64,000 nt of DNA from Candidatus Terraquivivens tengchongensis (GTDB lineage: Archaea; Thermoproteota; Nitrososphaeria_A; Caldarchaeales; Wolframiiraptoraceae): positions 64,001 through 128,000 of the forward strand of contig JALNJZ010000001.1 of the NCBI GenBank assembly GCA_023261845.1, in the 5' to 3' direction. Numbering within the stretch: position 1 is the stretch's first letter; every line of letters begins with the position of its first letter. The notes under the pieces are model-generated. The model worked only from the letters and a program-made list of their open reading frames with translations. It did not search any database and was not told the DNA's origin. Below, in pieces: positions 1-10,017 of this stretch. The position numbers and the translations under genes are program-made.

Positions 1-1080
1 AGGACGTACCTCGAGGACCTAATGGCTAAGATGAAGAGCTTGGATAACGAGGCGAACATTCTATCATCGAGGTTAGAGCTATCAAAGAAGAAGTTGGACA
101 GTATGGTAGAAGAATTGGCACAAATTTCTAAACTTAATGGTAAGGACGTTGAAAGGTTACAAGAAGAGGTCAAGAGGGGTCAGGTTATCTTGGAGGCTGC
201 TGGCATCGATAGTCCAGAGAAATTTAACATTAGGAAGGAAAAGCTAGAAAATGTTGAGAAAGCGCTCGCGTTAATACCAGAAGACGGTCTTCCAGAACCC
301 GATTTGTTCTACAGCATAGCCGTTACGGATGACGTCGTTCAAAGGATAAAGAAAGTTGAGGCCATGATGCCGGAGGCTAAGGCCTTCGATAAGATACAAT
401 ACGAAAACCTCAAGGGGGCTTATGAAGAGCTTCAGAAGAACATCGGTGCGTTAGAGGGCGAGGTTGAGAGGTACAGGAAAGATATCAAGGAGAAAGAAGA
501 CATGCTTTCTAGACTCAAGAATACCCTAAGTACACTCGAAAATGCCAAGAAGTTCCGTGACTTCCTCGACGAAATTAGGGATAAGGTATACCATAGAGAT
601 GGGCCTGTGCTCAAATCCCTCAGGTCGTGGGCTATCAAAGAAGTGTCTAGGTTTGCCACTGAACATCTAGAATTGTTCAACATCAACGTTAACGGTGTAA
701 AGTTTGAGGAGGTTGAGAACGAGCTTGAGATCAAGTGCTACCAGAGGGGACGGGAAGTTGATACCGATAGGCTTAGCGGTGGTGAGAAGGTTGCCGTGGC
801 CCTTGCCCTTAGACTCGCTATCGGCGACATACTTGGTGCAAAAAGGCTGGGCTTCTTTGTACTCGACGAGCCGACCGTGCACTTAGACTCCGAGAATAGG
901 ACGAAGCTTGCTGAAGTTTTCTCAGCGCTAAGCAGAGGTGTCAGGCAGGTGATCGTAATCACGCATGATGAGGAAGTTTTCGAAGAGGCGGATGCGGTAT
1001 TGTACAGGTTTGAAAGGGAAGCTGGAGTAGAAGACTACACAAAGGTAGAATTGATAGGAAAACTGGCGAAGGTATTATGA
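1..1080 (+). CDS. rad50: Rad50/SMC-type DNA double-strand break repair ATPase, C-terminal part (5'-truncated by window)
   Basis: Coiled coil followed by signature LSGGE, Walker B/D-loop VLDEPTVHLD and H-loop VITH; frame open from position 1. Confidence 0.9.
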   Translation, partial: RTYLEDLMAKMKSLDNEANILSSRLELSKKKLDSMVEELAQISKLNGKDVERLQEEVKRGQVILEAAGIDSPEKFNIRKEKLENVEKALALIPEDGLPEPDLFYSIAVTDDVVQRIKKVEAMMPEAKAFDKIQYENLKGAYEELQKNIGALEGEVERYRKDIKEKEDMLSRLKNTLSTLENAKKFRDFLDEIRDKVYHRDGPVLKSLRSWAIKEVSRFATEHLELFNINVNGVKFEEVENELEIKCYQRGREVDTDRLSGGEKVAVALALRLAIGDILGAKRLGFFVLDEPTVHLDSENRTKLAEVFSALSRGVRQVIVITHDEEVFEEADAVLYRFEREAGVEDYTKVELIGKLAKVL

Positions 1081-1085
1081 AGAGT

Positions 1086-1802
1086 TTATTGACCGCCGGT
1101 CAATCCAAGATAAAGCGTCGAGAGTTGTGAGTGCGTTAAAAGCTCCTCGCATCCTCCTTCGAACGAAAGCCTTCCACCAACCAGCAAGTAAGCTCTATCA
1201 CCTATCTCAAGGGCTTTCTTGGCATTCTGCTCCACAAGTATTATCGTGACCCTCATCGCATCCCTAAGTTCAACTATTTTCTCGAGTACACTGTTAGCCA
1301 CCTTTGGTGCGAGCTCGCTCGTTGGTTCGTCAAACATCATAACCTTAGGCCTTCTCAAGAGCGCCATGGCCATAGCGAGCATCTGCCTTTCTCCACCGCT
1401 CAATAAACCGGCCCTAGTCCGCCAATATTTTTTAACTATAGGGAAGATGTCGCAAACCTCCTTTAACCTTTCCTCCATCTCGGACTTATCGAGGGTGTAT
1501 CCTGCCATCATCATGTTTTCCTCAACGCTGAGGTTTTCGAATATCTTGCTAAGCTGGGGCAGGTAGGCTATACCGAGTCTAGCTATTTCATGCGGAGGTT
1601 TACCAACGAGTTCCATGTCCTCAAACTTCACCGATCCGGAATAAATCGTAGTCAGACCGAATATGGATTTCAGCAACGTACTCTTTCCGCTTCCATTAGG
1701 CCCAACTACTGTATTTATCTTTCTAGGTTGAAAGTTGGCAGACACGTCAAAAAGCACTTGAAGCTTACGATAACCGGAGTTCAGGTTCTTGATCTCTATC
1801 AT
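1086..1802 (-). CDS. livF: Branched-chain amino acid ABC transporter ATPase
   Basis: GPNGSGKST, LSGGERQMLAM, DEP, LVEQNA. Confidence 0.9.
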   Translation of the reverse strand: MIEIKNLNSGYRKLQVLFDVSANFQPRKINTVVGPNGSGKSTLLKSIFGLTTIYSGSVKFEDMELVGKPPHEIARLGIAYLPQLSKIFENLSVEENMMMAGYTLDKSEMEERLKEVCDIFPIVKKYWRTRAGLLSGGERQMLAMAMALLRRPKVMMFDEPTSELAPKVANSVLEKIVELRDAMRVTIILVEQNAKKALEIGDRAYLLVGGRLSFEGGCEELLTHSQLSTLYLGLTGGQ

Positions 1803-1808
1803 GAGACA

Positions 1809-2570
1809 TTACCCTCCGAGATAAGCATCAATAACCCTTCTATCCGAGACTACTTCTTCTGGCTTTCCGGACGCAATCATGGAACCTGCAGCCATCACGT
1901 AAACATAGTCAACATAGCGGAGGGCGATGTCAAGCCTATGTTCTACAATGAGTATCGTCAGGTTCTTTTCATCTTTAAGCTTCCTGAGTGTTTTGAATAT
2001 TTCATGAGCGAGTACCGGGTTTACACCAGCTATCGGCTCGTCCATTATGAGTAGCTTCGTATCGGCCATGAGTGCTCTTCCGACCTCTAGGAGCTTCAGT
2101 TGCCCTCCGCTCAGCTTCTCAGCCTCCTGATCCCATAAGTGGTCTAGCCTGAGGAATTTGAGGAGCTCAAAGGCTTTCTCGACAGCTTTTTCCTCAAACT
2201 TCCTCCATTCGCTCCTCTTTAGGGCCGATGCAAAACCTTCTCCAGGGTTGCCCGGATATACTGTCAGCAAGTTTTCCAGAACTGTGAGCTTTCTGAATGG
2301 TTGCGGTATTTGGAAGGTCCTGGATATGCCGAGCTTGAATATCTCATGGGATGGGAGCCCGGTTATATCCGTATCGTCAAAGAAGATTCCTCCACCATCC
2401 GGCTTGTACACTCCCGTTACCAAGTTGATGAGCGTGGTCTTACCGCTTCCGTTGGGTCCTATCAGGATTGTTAGAGTGTTCTTTTCAACATCCATACTAA
2501 CCCCTGATAAAGCTACAAGTCCACCAAAACACTTTCTCACGTCTCTGACCTTCAGTATTCTTTCCGACAT
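1809..2570 (-). CDS. livG: Branched-chain amino acid ABC transporter ATPase
   Basis: FGGLVAL, GPNGSGKTT, RTFQIP, C-terminal VIDAYLG. Confidence 0.9.
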   Translation of the reverse strand: MSERILKVRDVRKCFGGLVALSGVSMDVEKNTLTILIGPNGSGKTTLINLVTGVYKPDGGGIFFDDTDITGLPSHEIFKLGISRTFQIPQPFRKLTVLENLLTVYPGNPGEGFASALKRSEWRKFEEKAVEKAFELLKFLRLDHLWDQEAEKLSGGQLKLLEVGRALMADTKLLIMDEPIAGVNPVLAHEIFKTLRKLKDEKNLTILIVEHRLDIALRYVDYVYVMAAGSMIASGKPEEVVSDRRVIDAYLGG

Positions 2571-2616
2571 CTATATGCATAGCATAAAAAAATAAGGGAT
2601 TTAAAACCTTTTCAGC

Positions 2617-3903
2617 CTATCTCCAGAGTATCTCGCCAGTTGCTCCGTAGTACATTCCCGTAGTTGCCCATTCGTATTTGTCATCCTTTGCTACGATCTC
2701 AGCCAGTTCGTAGTCTGCAGCGATCCTATCACCCGCCTCATCTATCATAATGTAACCGCTAGCGCCGTAGTAAGTCTTGAGTATGTTGGGCATGACTGAT
2801 ATGACGGCATCGGCATCATATTTGTTAGTCGCCAGTAAACAAAGCGCTACAACCCATAAGGCATCATAAGCATTGTAGGCATAAGGTGGCGGTGTCCTTC
2901 CAAGCTGAGCGACGATCTTATTCAGCACCTCCTGGTACCTCGGCGTCTTTGTCGGCGAGAATATCGGGCTTACAAACCTAACACTGGAGGAAAATTCCGC
3001 TGTCTTTGTCTCCTCGATAAGCGTGCCCTCGTACGCAGTACCATCGCTTCCGAACCACTTCACTTTCCAAAGAATATCATAATCCCTAGCAGAGAGCATG
3101 AAGGTTGTGGCCTCACCGTAGGTGATTATATGTACCATTATCTTCTCAGGCGGGATTCCTTGTTCTACGAGTTTGTTGACTTCTGCGGCAAGGCTTGAAA
3201 CTTCAGCAGAGTAATCCGTCGCGGCCTCGGCTATCCTAAACTTTCCGGCAACAGCGATGCCGAGTTCCTTCGCGGTTTTCTCAGACACCTCTGCTAGACC
3301 ATCGCCCCAAGGGTTAGCCAAGTATACGATGAACATATGCGTTACACCAAGCTTATTGGCAAACTTCGGCCCTATTGGTCCTTGGTAGAGGTCGTTTGGA
3401 ACAAACCTGTAGATATAGTCACCCTTTATCGCAAGCATTGGTGAGGTTGAAGACTGTGATATGATCAATATCTTGTTTGAGTCCGCATACTCTTTTATCT
3501 TTAACACCTCTCCGCTGCCCATTGGTCCGATCACTATCTTGACACCCTTTGCGTGTAAGCTCATCAGTTTCTCCAGCGCAACCTCAGGTTTTGTCTCCGT
3601 ATCCTCGATGTAGAGTTTTAACCTCCAGTTAGCTCCTGACTTTGCTAGAAGGCTGTTTATTTCCTCAGCAGCTATGAGTAGTGCGGGTCTGTTGGGCTCT
3701 CCTAGGGTTGCAAGCGGCCCACTCAATGGAAGCAGCACACCAATCGGCACCTCACCGCTTAAGCCAGCCGTAGGAGCGGCGGGCGTTACAGGCGCCATAT
3801 AGGGTGCTATAAAGTACCCTATACCTATACCGAGTAGTAACGTTACTATAGCAACTACTATAGTTATGGCTTTTGTTACACCTTTTCCTATCATTGTTCT
3901 CAT
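2617..3903 (-). CDS. livK: Branched-chain amino acid ABC transporter substrate-binding protein
   Basis: N-terminal TM anchor; IGVLLPLSG, AYDALW type-1 PBP motifs; liv context. Confidence 0.85.
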   Translation of the reverse strand: MRTMIGKGVTKAITIVVAIVTLLLGIGIGYFIAPYMAPVTPAAPTAGLSGEVPIGVLLPLSGPLATLGEPNRPALLIAAEEINSLLAKSGANWRLKLYIEDTETKPEVALEKLMSLHAKGVKIVIGPMGSGEVLKIKEYADSNKILIISQSSTSPMLAIKGDYIYRFVPNDLYQGPIGPKFANKLGVTHMFIVYLANPWGDGLAEVSEKTAKELGIAVAGKFRIAEAATDYSAEVSSLAAEVNKLVEQGIPPEKIMVHIITYGEATTFMLSARDYDILWKVKWFGSDGTAYEGTLIEETKTAEFSSSVRFVSPIFSPTKTPRYQEVLNKIVAQLGRTPPPYAYNAYDALWVVALCLLATNKYDADAVISVMPNILKTYYGASGYIMIDEAGDRIAADYELAEIVAKDDKYEWATTGMYYGATGEILWR

Positions 3904-3962
3904 CCTGCTTTGAGCCTATTAAAATTACTGTCTCGTTTATAAGGCTTTAGCTAAGGTTATTA

Positions 3963-4919
3963 ATGAGTTCGTTAGAATGGCTTCGTCAGCAGGGAAGACA
4001 AATGAGTCTTCTGCTGGTCAGGGATGCTATAATCTTTAGTTCACTAATGATTATGCTTAGCGCAGGGTTGACGTTAACGTATATGACGACGAAAGTCCCC
4101 AACTTCGCCCACGGAGAATTCGCCACACTGAACATATACTTGAATCTAGCCTTAGTTCGGCTACTTAATATTAACCCGTATCTCGGCACAATCCCTGCAT
4201 TTATGTTAGGTGGCGCGGTTGCTTTGGTGCTTTACTTGGCGGTACTGAAACCTTTGATGAACAGGGGTGCAAATTACGTGATATTGATGATCGCGACGAT
4301 AGCATACGATATGATTCTTATATCACTAATCAACATATTTGCCGATTATCTTAACAGAATTCATAAGCTTATCACAAGGCTCTTCCAATTGAAGGGGTTT
4401 GACATCGAGATATTTGGGCAACCAGGATTGTTCATCATAGCACCCGTCCTTGCTTTCATTATGATAACATCGCTTTACTTATTCTTAAACAAGACGAAGT
4501 TTGGGATAGCAATGAGGGCTGCGATAGAAAATCCTTCCTTGGCAGAGGTTGTTGGGATAAACATTAACTTGATGTATGCAGCCTCTTGGTTCATCTCGGG
4601 CGGACTAGCAGGAGTTGCCGGTGCCCTCATGCCGCTTTACATGACTTGCAACCCGGACATAGGGATAAGGTTGCTGATCAGCATATTTGCTGCAAGCATC
4701 TTGGGAGGTTTAAGCAACATGTATGGAGCTCTTATTGGGGGTGCAATAATAGGTTTTGCGGAGGTATTGGGAACCGGCTACCTCTCGACGGCCCTTGGGC
4801 CGTGGGTCGTCCCTTACCGTCCTGTGATACCTTTAATCATAATGATGTTGACGCTACTTTTAGCTCCGAAGGGTTTGGCTGGCATAGATTGGAAGAGGTT
4901 TATGAAAAAGGTGGGTTAA
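3963..4919 (+). CDS. livH: Branched-chain amino acid ABC permease (start may be ATG 4002)
   Basis: NFAHGEF, KFGIAMRA motifs; hydrophobic. Confidence 0.9.
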   Translation: MSSLEWLRQQGRQMSLLLVRDAIIFSSLMIMLSAGLTLTYMTTKVPNFAHGEFATLNIYLNLALVRLLNINPYLGTIPAFMLGGAVALVLYLAVLKPLMNRGANYVILMIATIAYDMILISLINIFADYLNRIHKLITRLFQLKGFDIEIFGQPGLFIIAPVLAFIMITSLYLFLNKTKFGIAMRAAIENPSLAEVVGININLMYAASWFISGGLAGVAGALMPLYMTCNPDIGIRLLISIFAASILGGLSNMYGALIGGAIIGFAEVLGTGYLSTALGPWVVPYRPVIPLIIMMLTLLLAPKGLAGIDWKRFMKKVG

Positions 4920-4920
4920 G

Positions 4921-5991
4921 ATGGCACTTCCTATACCGCTCACATTCCTCATAGACTTGTTGACCCTCTTCGGTATATTCGCAATAATATCAATGAGCCT
5001 GAACCTTGAGTTCGGTTACACGGGAATACCGAACTTTGGCAAGATGTTGGCGGTCGCAGGAGGTGCTTTTTTCGTTGGAGCGGTACCGGGCAGGGTTATC
5101 GCATATTTATTTAACATACCTGCAGAGCTGGACTTTATCAAAAACAATTTAGAAGTCGTCTCCTCGCTTAACCAAGTTTTAACATCTGAGCCCGTAATCT
5201 CAACCTGTTATCTTTTGGCGTCGCTGGTAGGTGCGGCATTTGCCGGAGCAGTTTTGGGATACGTGGCATCCTATCCTGGAATAAGGCTTAGAGGGGATTA
5301 TTTTGCTATGACACTTTTGGCTATGGCTGAGGTGTTGAAGATCATAGGGGATAACTGGGAACCGTTCATCGGAGGTAGCTTAGGCGTCCGCATACCTGAC
5401 CCGTTCAGGTGGGTCGGTGGAGAGCATAGACCGCTCTATGTAGCTCTGACAATACTTGGGGTAACCGCGGTTATATTCGTCTACTTAGAACTCATCAGTA
5501 GGTCACCACTTGGTAGGACTCTCAGGGCGGTAAGGGACGATGAGCTCTCGGCCAGGGTTTACGGGAAAGACGTCAACAGATTAAGAATGAAAACGCTGGT
5601 CGTAGGATGCGCGATAGCTGCAATTGGTGGAGCGCTTTATTCGTTCCTCACAGCGAGCGTGTCAGCCCGCGATTTCAATAGAGTCACGCATACTTTCTGG
5701 CCGTGGGTCATGGTGATCGTCGGAGGCGCCAGCAATAACCTCGGAGCACTTGTAGGAGCAGGCATGTTTGTGACGCTTCGGAAGCTCGTAACGTTCTACA
5801 AAAGTTACTTCGAGACGATCGTTCCGTTCGACGTCATCTGGCTCGAGTATATGTTGCTCGGGCTTGCACTCATCCTCGTTCTGCTTTACAGGTCAGAGGG
5901 GCTTACACCGGAGAAGCCAACAAAGACCTTGAAACGCAACTATATAGTCAACAAAGTCCTGTCGCGCATTAAAACCAAGGAAGGAACCTGA
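4921..5991 (+). CDS. livM: Branched-chain amino acid ABC permease
   Basis: SLNLEFGYTGIPNFG, LRGDYFA, SPLGRTLRAVRDD. Confidence 0.9.
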   Translation: MALPIPLTFLIDLLTLFGIFAIISMSLNLEFGYTGIPNFGKMLAVAGGAFFVGAVPGRVIAYLFNIPAELDFIKNNLEVVSSLNQVLTSEPVISTCYLLASLVGAAFAGAVLGYVASYPGIRLRGDYFAMTLLAMAEVLKIIGDNWEPFIGGSLGVRIPDPFRWVGGEHRPLYVALTILGVTAVIFVYLELISRSPLGRTLRAVRDDELSARVYGKDVNRLRMKTLVVGCAIAAIGGALYSFLTASVSARDFNRVTHTFWPWVMVIVGGASNNLGALVGAGMFVTLRKLVTFYKSYFETIVPFDVIWLEYMLLGLALILVLLYRSEGLTPEKPTKTLKRNYIVNKVLSRIKTKEGT

Positions 5992-5998
5992 TCGTTGT

Positions 5999-7081
5999 TT
6001 AGTCACTTACTATCTTGCCGGTTTCGCTCGTTATCCTGTAACCTTTCATCCGCTTTACCGTTCGCATGAAATCCTTGGACGTCAAAAGGTTGAGCAACTC
6101 TCTCACTATATCCCTTCTCATAGCTTCCTTCAAGATTGCTAGGTCGTACCATTCCCAAACGAGTCTTGTGAACTGCAAGCCGTAGAGTTCTGCAGCGTAC
6201 CTCACAGTTATGCCTACATCAGCGGCTCCGGTCGCTATCTCCTTAGCTACTTCGAGGTGCGTTTTGACTTCCCTTTCATAGTTTTTGACGAGTCGCGGTA
6301 CGTCGCTTGGGTCTATGCCTCTATCGAGTGCTGCCTGCTTAAGCAAATGGTCTAACAAAGCTCTAGTGCCCGAGCCTGGATTTCTGTTCACGAGTCTAAG
6401 CCCACGGTCCAATAAGTCTGAGATTCCGCTGACTTTCGTGTCGGGTCTAAACGCTAAGCCGAGTTCCCGCTGATAGCCTCTGACGAGTACGGCCTTACCT
6501 TCGAGCCAGTACCGGCTTAAGAAAGGAACGTTGTACTTGCCAGTCACAGGGTCTAGTAGGTGGACACCGGCCACATGTGCATCACCCATCATGAGTGCGG
6601 CCAGACCGCCCGCCGAGCCGAGCCAAGAGACCTCAATATCCAAGTCGGGCTTCTTTGACTTCAAGATTCCGATGAGAACACCTAACGCCGGGTCATTGCT
6701 TCCCATCACAGCTAGATCGGGCATGCTCCTCACGGGCTTTGTCTCTGAGATCACTCCGAGCGAGCCACCAAGCTTAGCCTCAGCATCAAGGTAAAGCTTG
6801 AGGAGCTCCTTACCAAGCTTCGTGAGCTTTGCACCTCCACCTCCCGGACCGCCACGCCTGGCTTCGAGTAGCTTGTCTCCGAACATCTCTTCAGCCCTTG
6901 CCAGCCTTTCCCAAGTTCTCGCATAGGGCACACCAACAGCCCTACATGCTGTCAGCAACGAGCCTTTCTGCTCGATTTCATGTAATACCCTAGCCAACTT
7001 TGAGTCGAGAATAACCTCACCTTTCCATTCCAAGAATATCTCGGTTCTGATCGTAAGGTCCTGTAGGCGTATTTCCTTCAA
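5999..7081 (-). CDS. ModE-type winged-helix regulator fused to a molybdate/tungstate PBP-like sensing domain
   Basis: N-terminal GSLLTAC..Y..W..RRGGPGGGGAKLT (ModE HTH); C-terminal GSND, GSAGGL, NRNPGSGTR, ADVG (PBP-like); divergent from tupABC. Confidence 0.85.
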   Translation of the reverse strand: MKEIRLQDLTIRTEIFLEWKGEVILDSKLARVLHEIEQKGSLLTACRAVGVPYARTWERLARAEEMFGDKLLEARRGGPGGGGAKLTKLGKELLKLYLDAEAKLGGSLGVISETKPVRSMPDLAVMGSNDPALGVLIGILKSKKPDLDIEVSWLGSAGGLAALMMGDAHVAGVHLLDPVTGKYNVPFLSRYWLEGKAVLVRGYQRELGLAFRPDTKVSGISDLLDRGLRLVNRNPGSGTRALLDHLLKQAALDRGIDPSDVPRLVKNYEREVKTHLEVAKEIATGAADVGITVRYAAELYGLQFTRLVWEWYDLAILKEAMRRDIVRELLNLLTSKDFMRTVKRMKGYRITSETGKIVSD

Positions 7082-7125
7082 GGTCGCATATAGTCGTTAT
7101 CTTTTTTATAAAAACATTTAAAAGT

Positions 7126-7152
7126 ATCGTTATATCAAAAAGGAATAACGAT
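7126..7152. promoter_or_regulatory. ModE-box-like operator upstream of tupA
   Basis: ATCGTTAT-N11-ATAACGAT inverted repeat just after TATA-like TTTAAAA (7117-7123). Confidence 0.7.
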
Positions 7153-7160
7153 GGTGAGGT

Positions 7161-8060
7161 ATGAGAATTAGGCGGGTATTTGTAGCACTCACCGTTGCGG
7201 TTGTTGTTTCTATTTTGTTCCTTTCCATTTACCAAACAGGACAACATGAAAACATACTCCGCGTTACTACGACGACGAGCCTGTATAACACGGGTCTGCT
7301 TGATAAATTGGCCGAAGAATTTAAGCAAATGCATCCAGATGTTTCGGTTCAGTTCATCGCGATTGGTAGCGGCGAGGCTTTACGTAGAGCCGCTCAGGGC
7401 GATGCTGATATGGTCTTATCACATGCACCAAACCTCGAAAAGCGATATCTCGATGATGGGACGTTGAAACCAGGCAAGATATTCGCATACAACTACTTCA
7501 TCATAGTAGGGCCCAGCGATGATCCTGCAAATGTAACTGGAATGAGTCCTATTGAGGCCATGGCCGCTATCTACACTGCGGGTGAAAGGGGTAGGGCGAT
7601 ATTCGTATCTAGGGCTGACAATTCAGGGACGCATAATAGGGAATTGATGTTATGGTCGTTAGCCAGTGTTAATCCGTCCGGTAAGACTTGGTATCTGGAG
7701 CTGGGAGCGGACATGGCGCTAACCCTGATGGTGGCCAACGAGAAGAAAGCCTATACACTCAGCGACGTCGGCACATACCTTAAGTTCAGCGATAAGTTGG
7801 GCGAGCTAAAGCCGCTCGTTGAGAGAGGAGACGCATTGATCAACATATATTCTGTCTACGTTGTTAACCCAGTAAAGGTTCCCGGTGTGAACGAGAAGCT
7901 AGCCGAGGTCTTCATGAGGTTCATAACCTCAGAAGAAGGGCAAAAAATAATCGAGAACTATGGAATTGACGAATTCGGCAAACCTTTGTTCAATGCAGCA
8001 AGGGGCGATCCGACAGGGGAGCTCAAGAATGTCTGGGAAAGCATGGCTAAGCTCGGATAG
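7161..8060 (+). CDS. tupA: Tungstate ABC transporter substrate-binding protein
   Basis: TTTS-x-NTGLLD, GSGEAL, SHAP, SRADNSGTH motifs typical of TupA. Confidence 0.9.
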   Translation: MRIRRVFVALTVAVVVSILFLSIYQTGQHENILRVTTTTSLYNTGLLDKLAEEFKQMHPDVSVQFIAIGSGEALRRAAQGDADMVLSHAPNLEKRYLDDGTLKPGKIFAYNYFIIVGPSDDPANVTGMSPIEAMAAIYTAGERGRAIFVSRADNSGTHNRELMLWSLASVNPSGKTWYLELGADMALTLMVANEKKAYTLSDVGTYLKFSDKLGELKPLVERGDALINIYSVYVVNPVKVPGVNEKLAEVFMRFITSEEGQKIIENYGIDEFGKPLFNAARGDPTGELKNVWESMAKLG

Positions 8061-8094
8061 TTTCTGTAGATGTTTTTAAGCGAGGTCTACGACC

Positions 8095-8733
8095 ATGTGG
8101 CAAGAAGTAGCCGAAGTTGTCGCGAGGTCCTTACTCATTTCGGGTACGGCCACGATGCTTGCTGCATTCTGGAGCATACCAGTAGCTATGATTCTAACGG
8201 CCAAAGAGTCCGAGTTTAGGAGGGTTTTGCTCGATCTTACGAACACTCTCGTCGCTATTCCAACAGTCTTGGTAGGTCTCGTACTGTATCTTTTGTTATC
8301 ACGCTCAGGGCCTTTGGGTTTCCTTGGCATACTCTACACGCCTACATCAATCGTTATCGGCGAAGCCGTTCTGATTACGCCTCTAATAGTTTCGCTTAGT
8401 GCATCTGTGCTCCGCGAGACGAGGGCAGGAATTTGGGAGATGGCTGTCTCGATAGGAGCAACTGAAAGACAAGCATTGGTTACGATGGTGACCGAGTCGC
8501 TTCCTAGACTAATGAGTGTGATTCTAATAGGTTTCAACAGAGCGATAGGCGAGCTCGGTGTAGCTCTGATGCTCGGAGGTAACATCAAAGGATTAACGCG
8601 CGTTATGACAACAGCTATAGCCTTGGAGGTCTCTAAAGGCGAGTTTGAGTTTGCCCTAGCACTCGGAGGAGTTTTGCTTTTCGTTACCTTTTTAGTAACA
8701 GCGATCGTCAGGAAGGTAGGTAAAACTGCATGA
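8095..8733 (+). CDS. tupB: Tungstate ABC transporter permease
   Basis: LLSRSGPLG, GELGVALMLGGNI..TRVMTTAI. Confidence 0.9.
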   Translation: MWQEVAEVVARSLLISGTATMLAAFWSIPVAMILTAKESEFRRVLLDLTNTLVAIPTVLVGLVLYLLLSRSGPLGFLGILYTPTSIVIGEAVLITPLIVSLSASVLRETRAGIWEMAVSIGATERQALVTMVTESLPRLMSVILIGFNRAIGELGVALMLGGNIKGLTRVMTTAIALEVSKGEFEFALALGGVLLFVTFLVTAIVRKVGKTA

Positions 8734-9398
8734 TAGAGCTGAAGAGGGTTTCTTTTGCTTACGCAAACGAGGATATTATTAGGGACGTGAACCTTACATT
8801 CGGTCCTGGTGTAACAGTGGTCATAGGACCCAACGGTTCGGGGAAGACTACGTTGCTGAAACTAGCTGCTGCTATATACAGGCCACGGGTAGGTGAGGTT
8901 TTGATAGATGGTGTCAACACATGGTCTGCGCCAGAGGCAGTTAGGGTCTCAGTAAGGCGGAATGTTGTTTACGTGCACGAAAAGCCCATCATGCTTAGGG
9001 GCAGTGTCGCTGATAACGTAGCCTATGGTTTAAGAATTAGGAATGTGCCTGATGATGAGGTTGCCACTAGGACCGAGGAAGCGCTGGAAGCGCTCGGCAT
9101 CAAGCATTTGGCCCACGAAAAAGCTCAAACACTTTCTGCTGGACAGCAACAAAAAGTAGCCCTAGCAAGGGCCTTAGCTGTCAGACCGAAGAACCTGCTA
9201 CTCGACGAGCCTATTGCAAGCCTGGATAAGAGCGGTCGGGAAATCTTTATGGAGCTTTTAAGAGAAATGGTAAGGAAAGAGGTTTGTGTCGCTATGGCAA
9301 CTCACGACAGACTTCTCGCCCTACAACTGATGGGCAGAACTATTGTTGTAGAAAATAAGACGGCGACATTAATTGAAAATCCAGAACGCATTAGCTGA
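8730..9398 (+). CDS. tupC: Tungstate ABC transporter ATPase
   Basis: GPNGSGKTT, LSAGQQQK, LLLDEP; operon position. Confidence 0.85.
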   Translation: MIELKRVSFAYANEDIIRDVNLTFGPGVTVVIGPNGSGKTTLLKLAAAIYRPRVGEVLIDGVNTWSAPEAVRVSVRRNVVYVHEKPIMLRGSVADNVAYGLRIRNVPDDEVATRTEEALEALGIKHLAHEKAQTLSAGQQQKVALARALAVRPKNLLLDEPIASLDKSGREIFMELLREMVRKEVCVAMATHDRLLALQLMGRTIVVENKTATLIENPERIS

Positions 9399-9399
9399 T

Positions 9400-9816
9400 T
9401 CAATCGATGTATTTCGCACACTTGTAACAGTAGTACTTTTTATACTGTGAGATGTACGTTGCCTTTTCGCCGCAAGTAGGACATTTTACGCCACTAGATT
9501 TCACGAGAGATTTCAAGGACTCATCTATTTCGCCCAACTTCTCCGTCACTGTTTGAGAAGCGGGCTTGGGAGCCTCTGGAGGTGGTGCTACTTGTGGTGC
9601 CTGTATCTCTACCTTCTCCTTTAACAGGACGATATCACCAACAGCGTTCACCTTTGTCCACGGCACGTACTCTGTTGTTCTGTATTTGGTCTGTACCTGA
9701 AGGGCCACCTCATTCCTGTCTATGATCAGCTCGACGTCGTTTATCGTCCCTACTAACGTTCCATCTGGGTTGTAAACTTGTTTACCAATAAGCTGGCTTC
9801 TGGTTAATCCTGACAT
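9400..9816 (-). CDS. PRC-barrel domain protein with Pro-rich linker and C-terminal zinc ribbon
   Basis: LIGKQVYNPDG..VG.I.D..VPW..V.AVGDIVL (PRC barrel); CPTC...CYKC. Confidence 0.8.
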   Translation of the reverse strand: MSGLTRSQLIGKQVYNPDGTLVGTINDVELIIDRNEVALQVQTKYRTTEYVPWTKVNAVGDIVLLKEKVEIQAPQVAPPPEAPKPASQTVTEKLGEIDESLKSLVKSSGVKCPTCGEKATYISQYKKYYCYKCAKYID

Positions 9817-9858
9817 TGCGTATAGTTTGCTTCAGCCACTTATAAGCATTGTTAAGGA

Positions 9859-9933
9859 TAGCGGGGGATGGATTTGAACCATCGATCTCCGGGTTATGAG
9901 CCCGGCGGGTTATCCTGGCTACCCTACCCCGCT
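9859..9933 (-). tRNA. tRNA-Met(CAT), initiator
   Basis: Cloverleaf AGCGGGG...CCCCGCTA, anticodon CAT, A1-U72 pair and GGG/CCC in the anticodon stem. Confidence 0.95.
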
Positions 9934-10017
9934 TCAGCACTAAAAATAGCCTCACTTAAATAAATACATTAACGCGCTAACTTTATATTTTTATTGTTGT
10001 GAAGAGGTATTTTCAAT

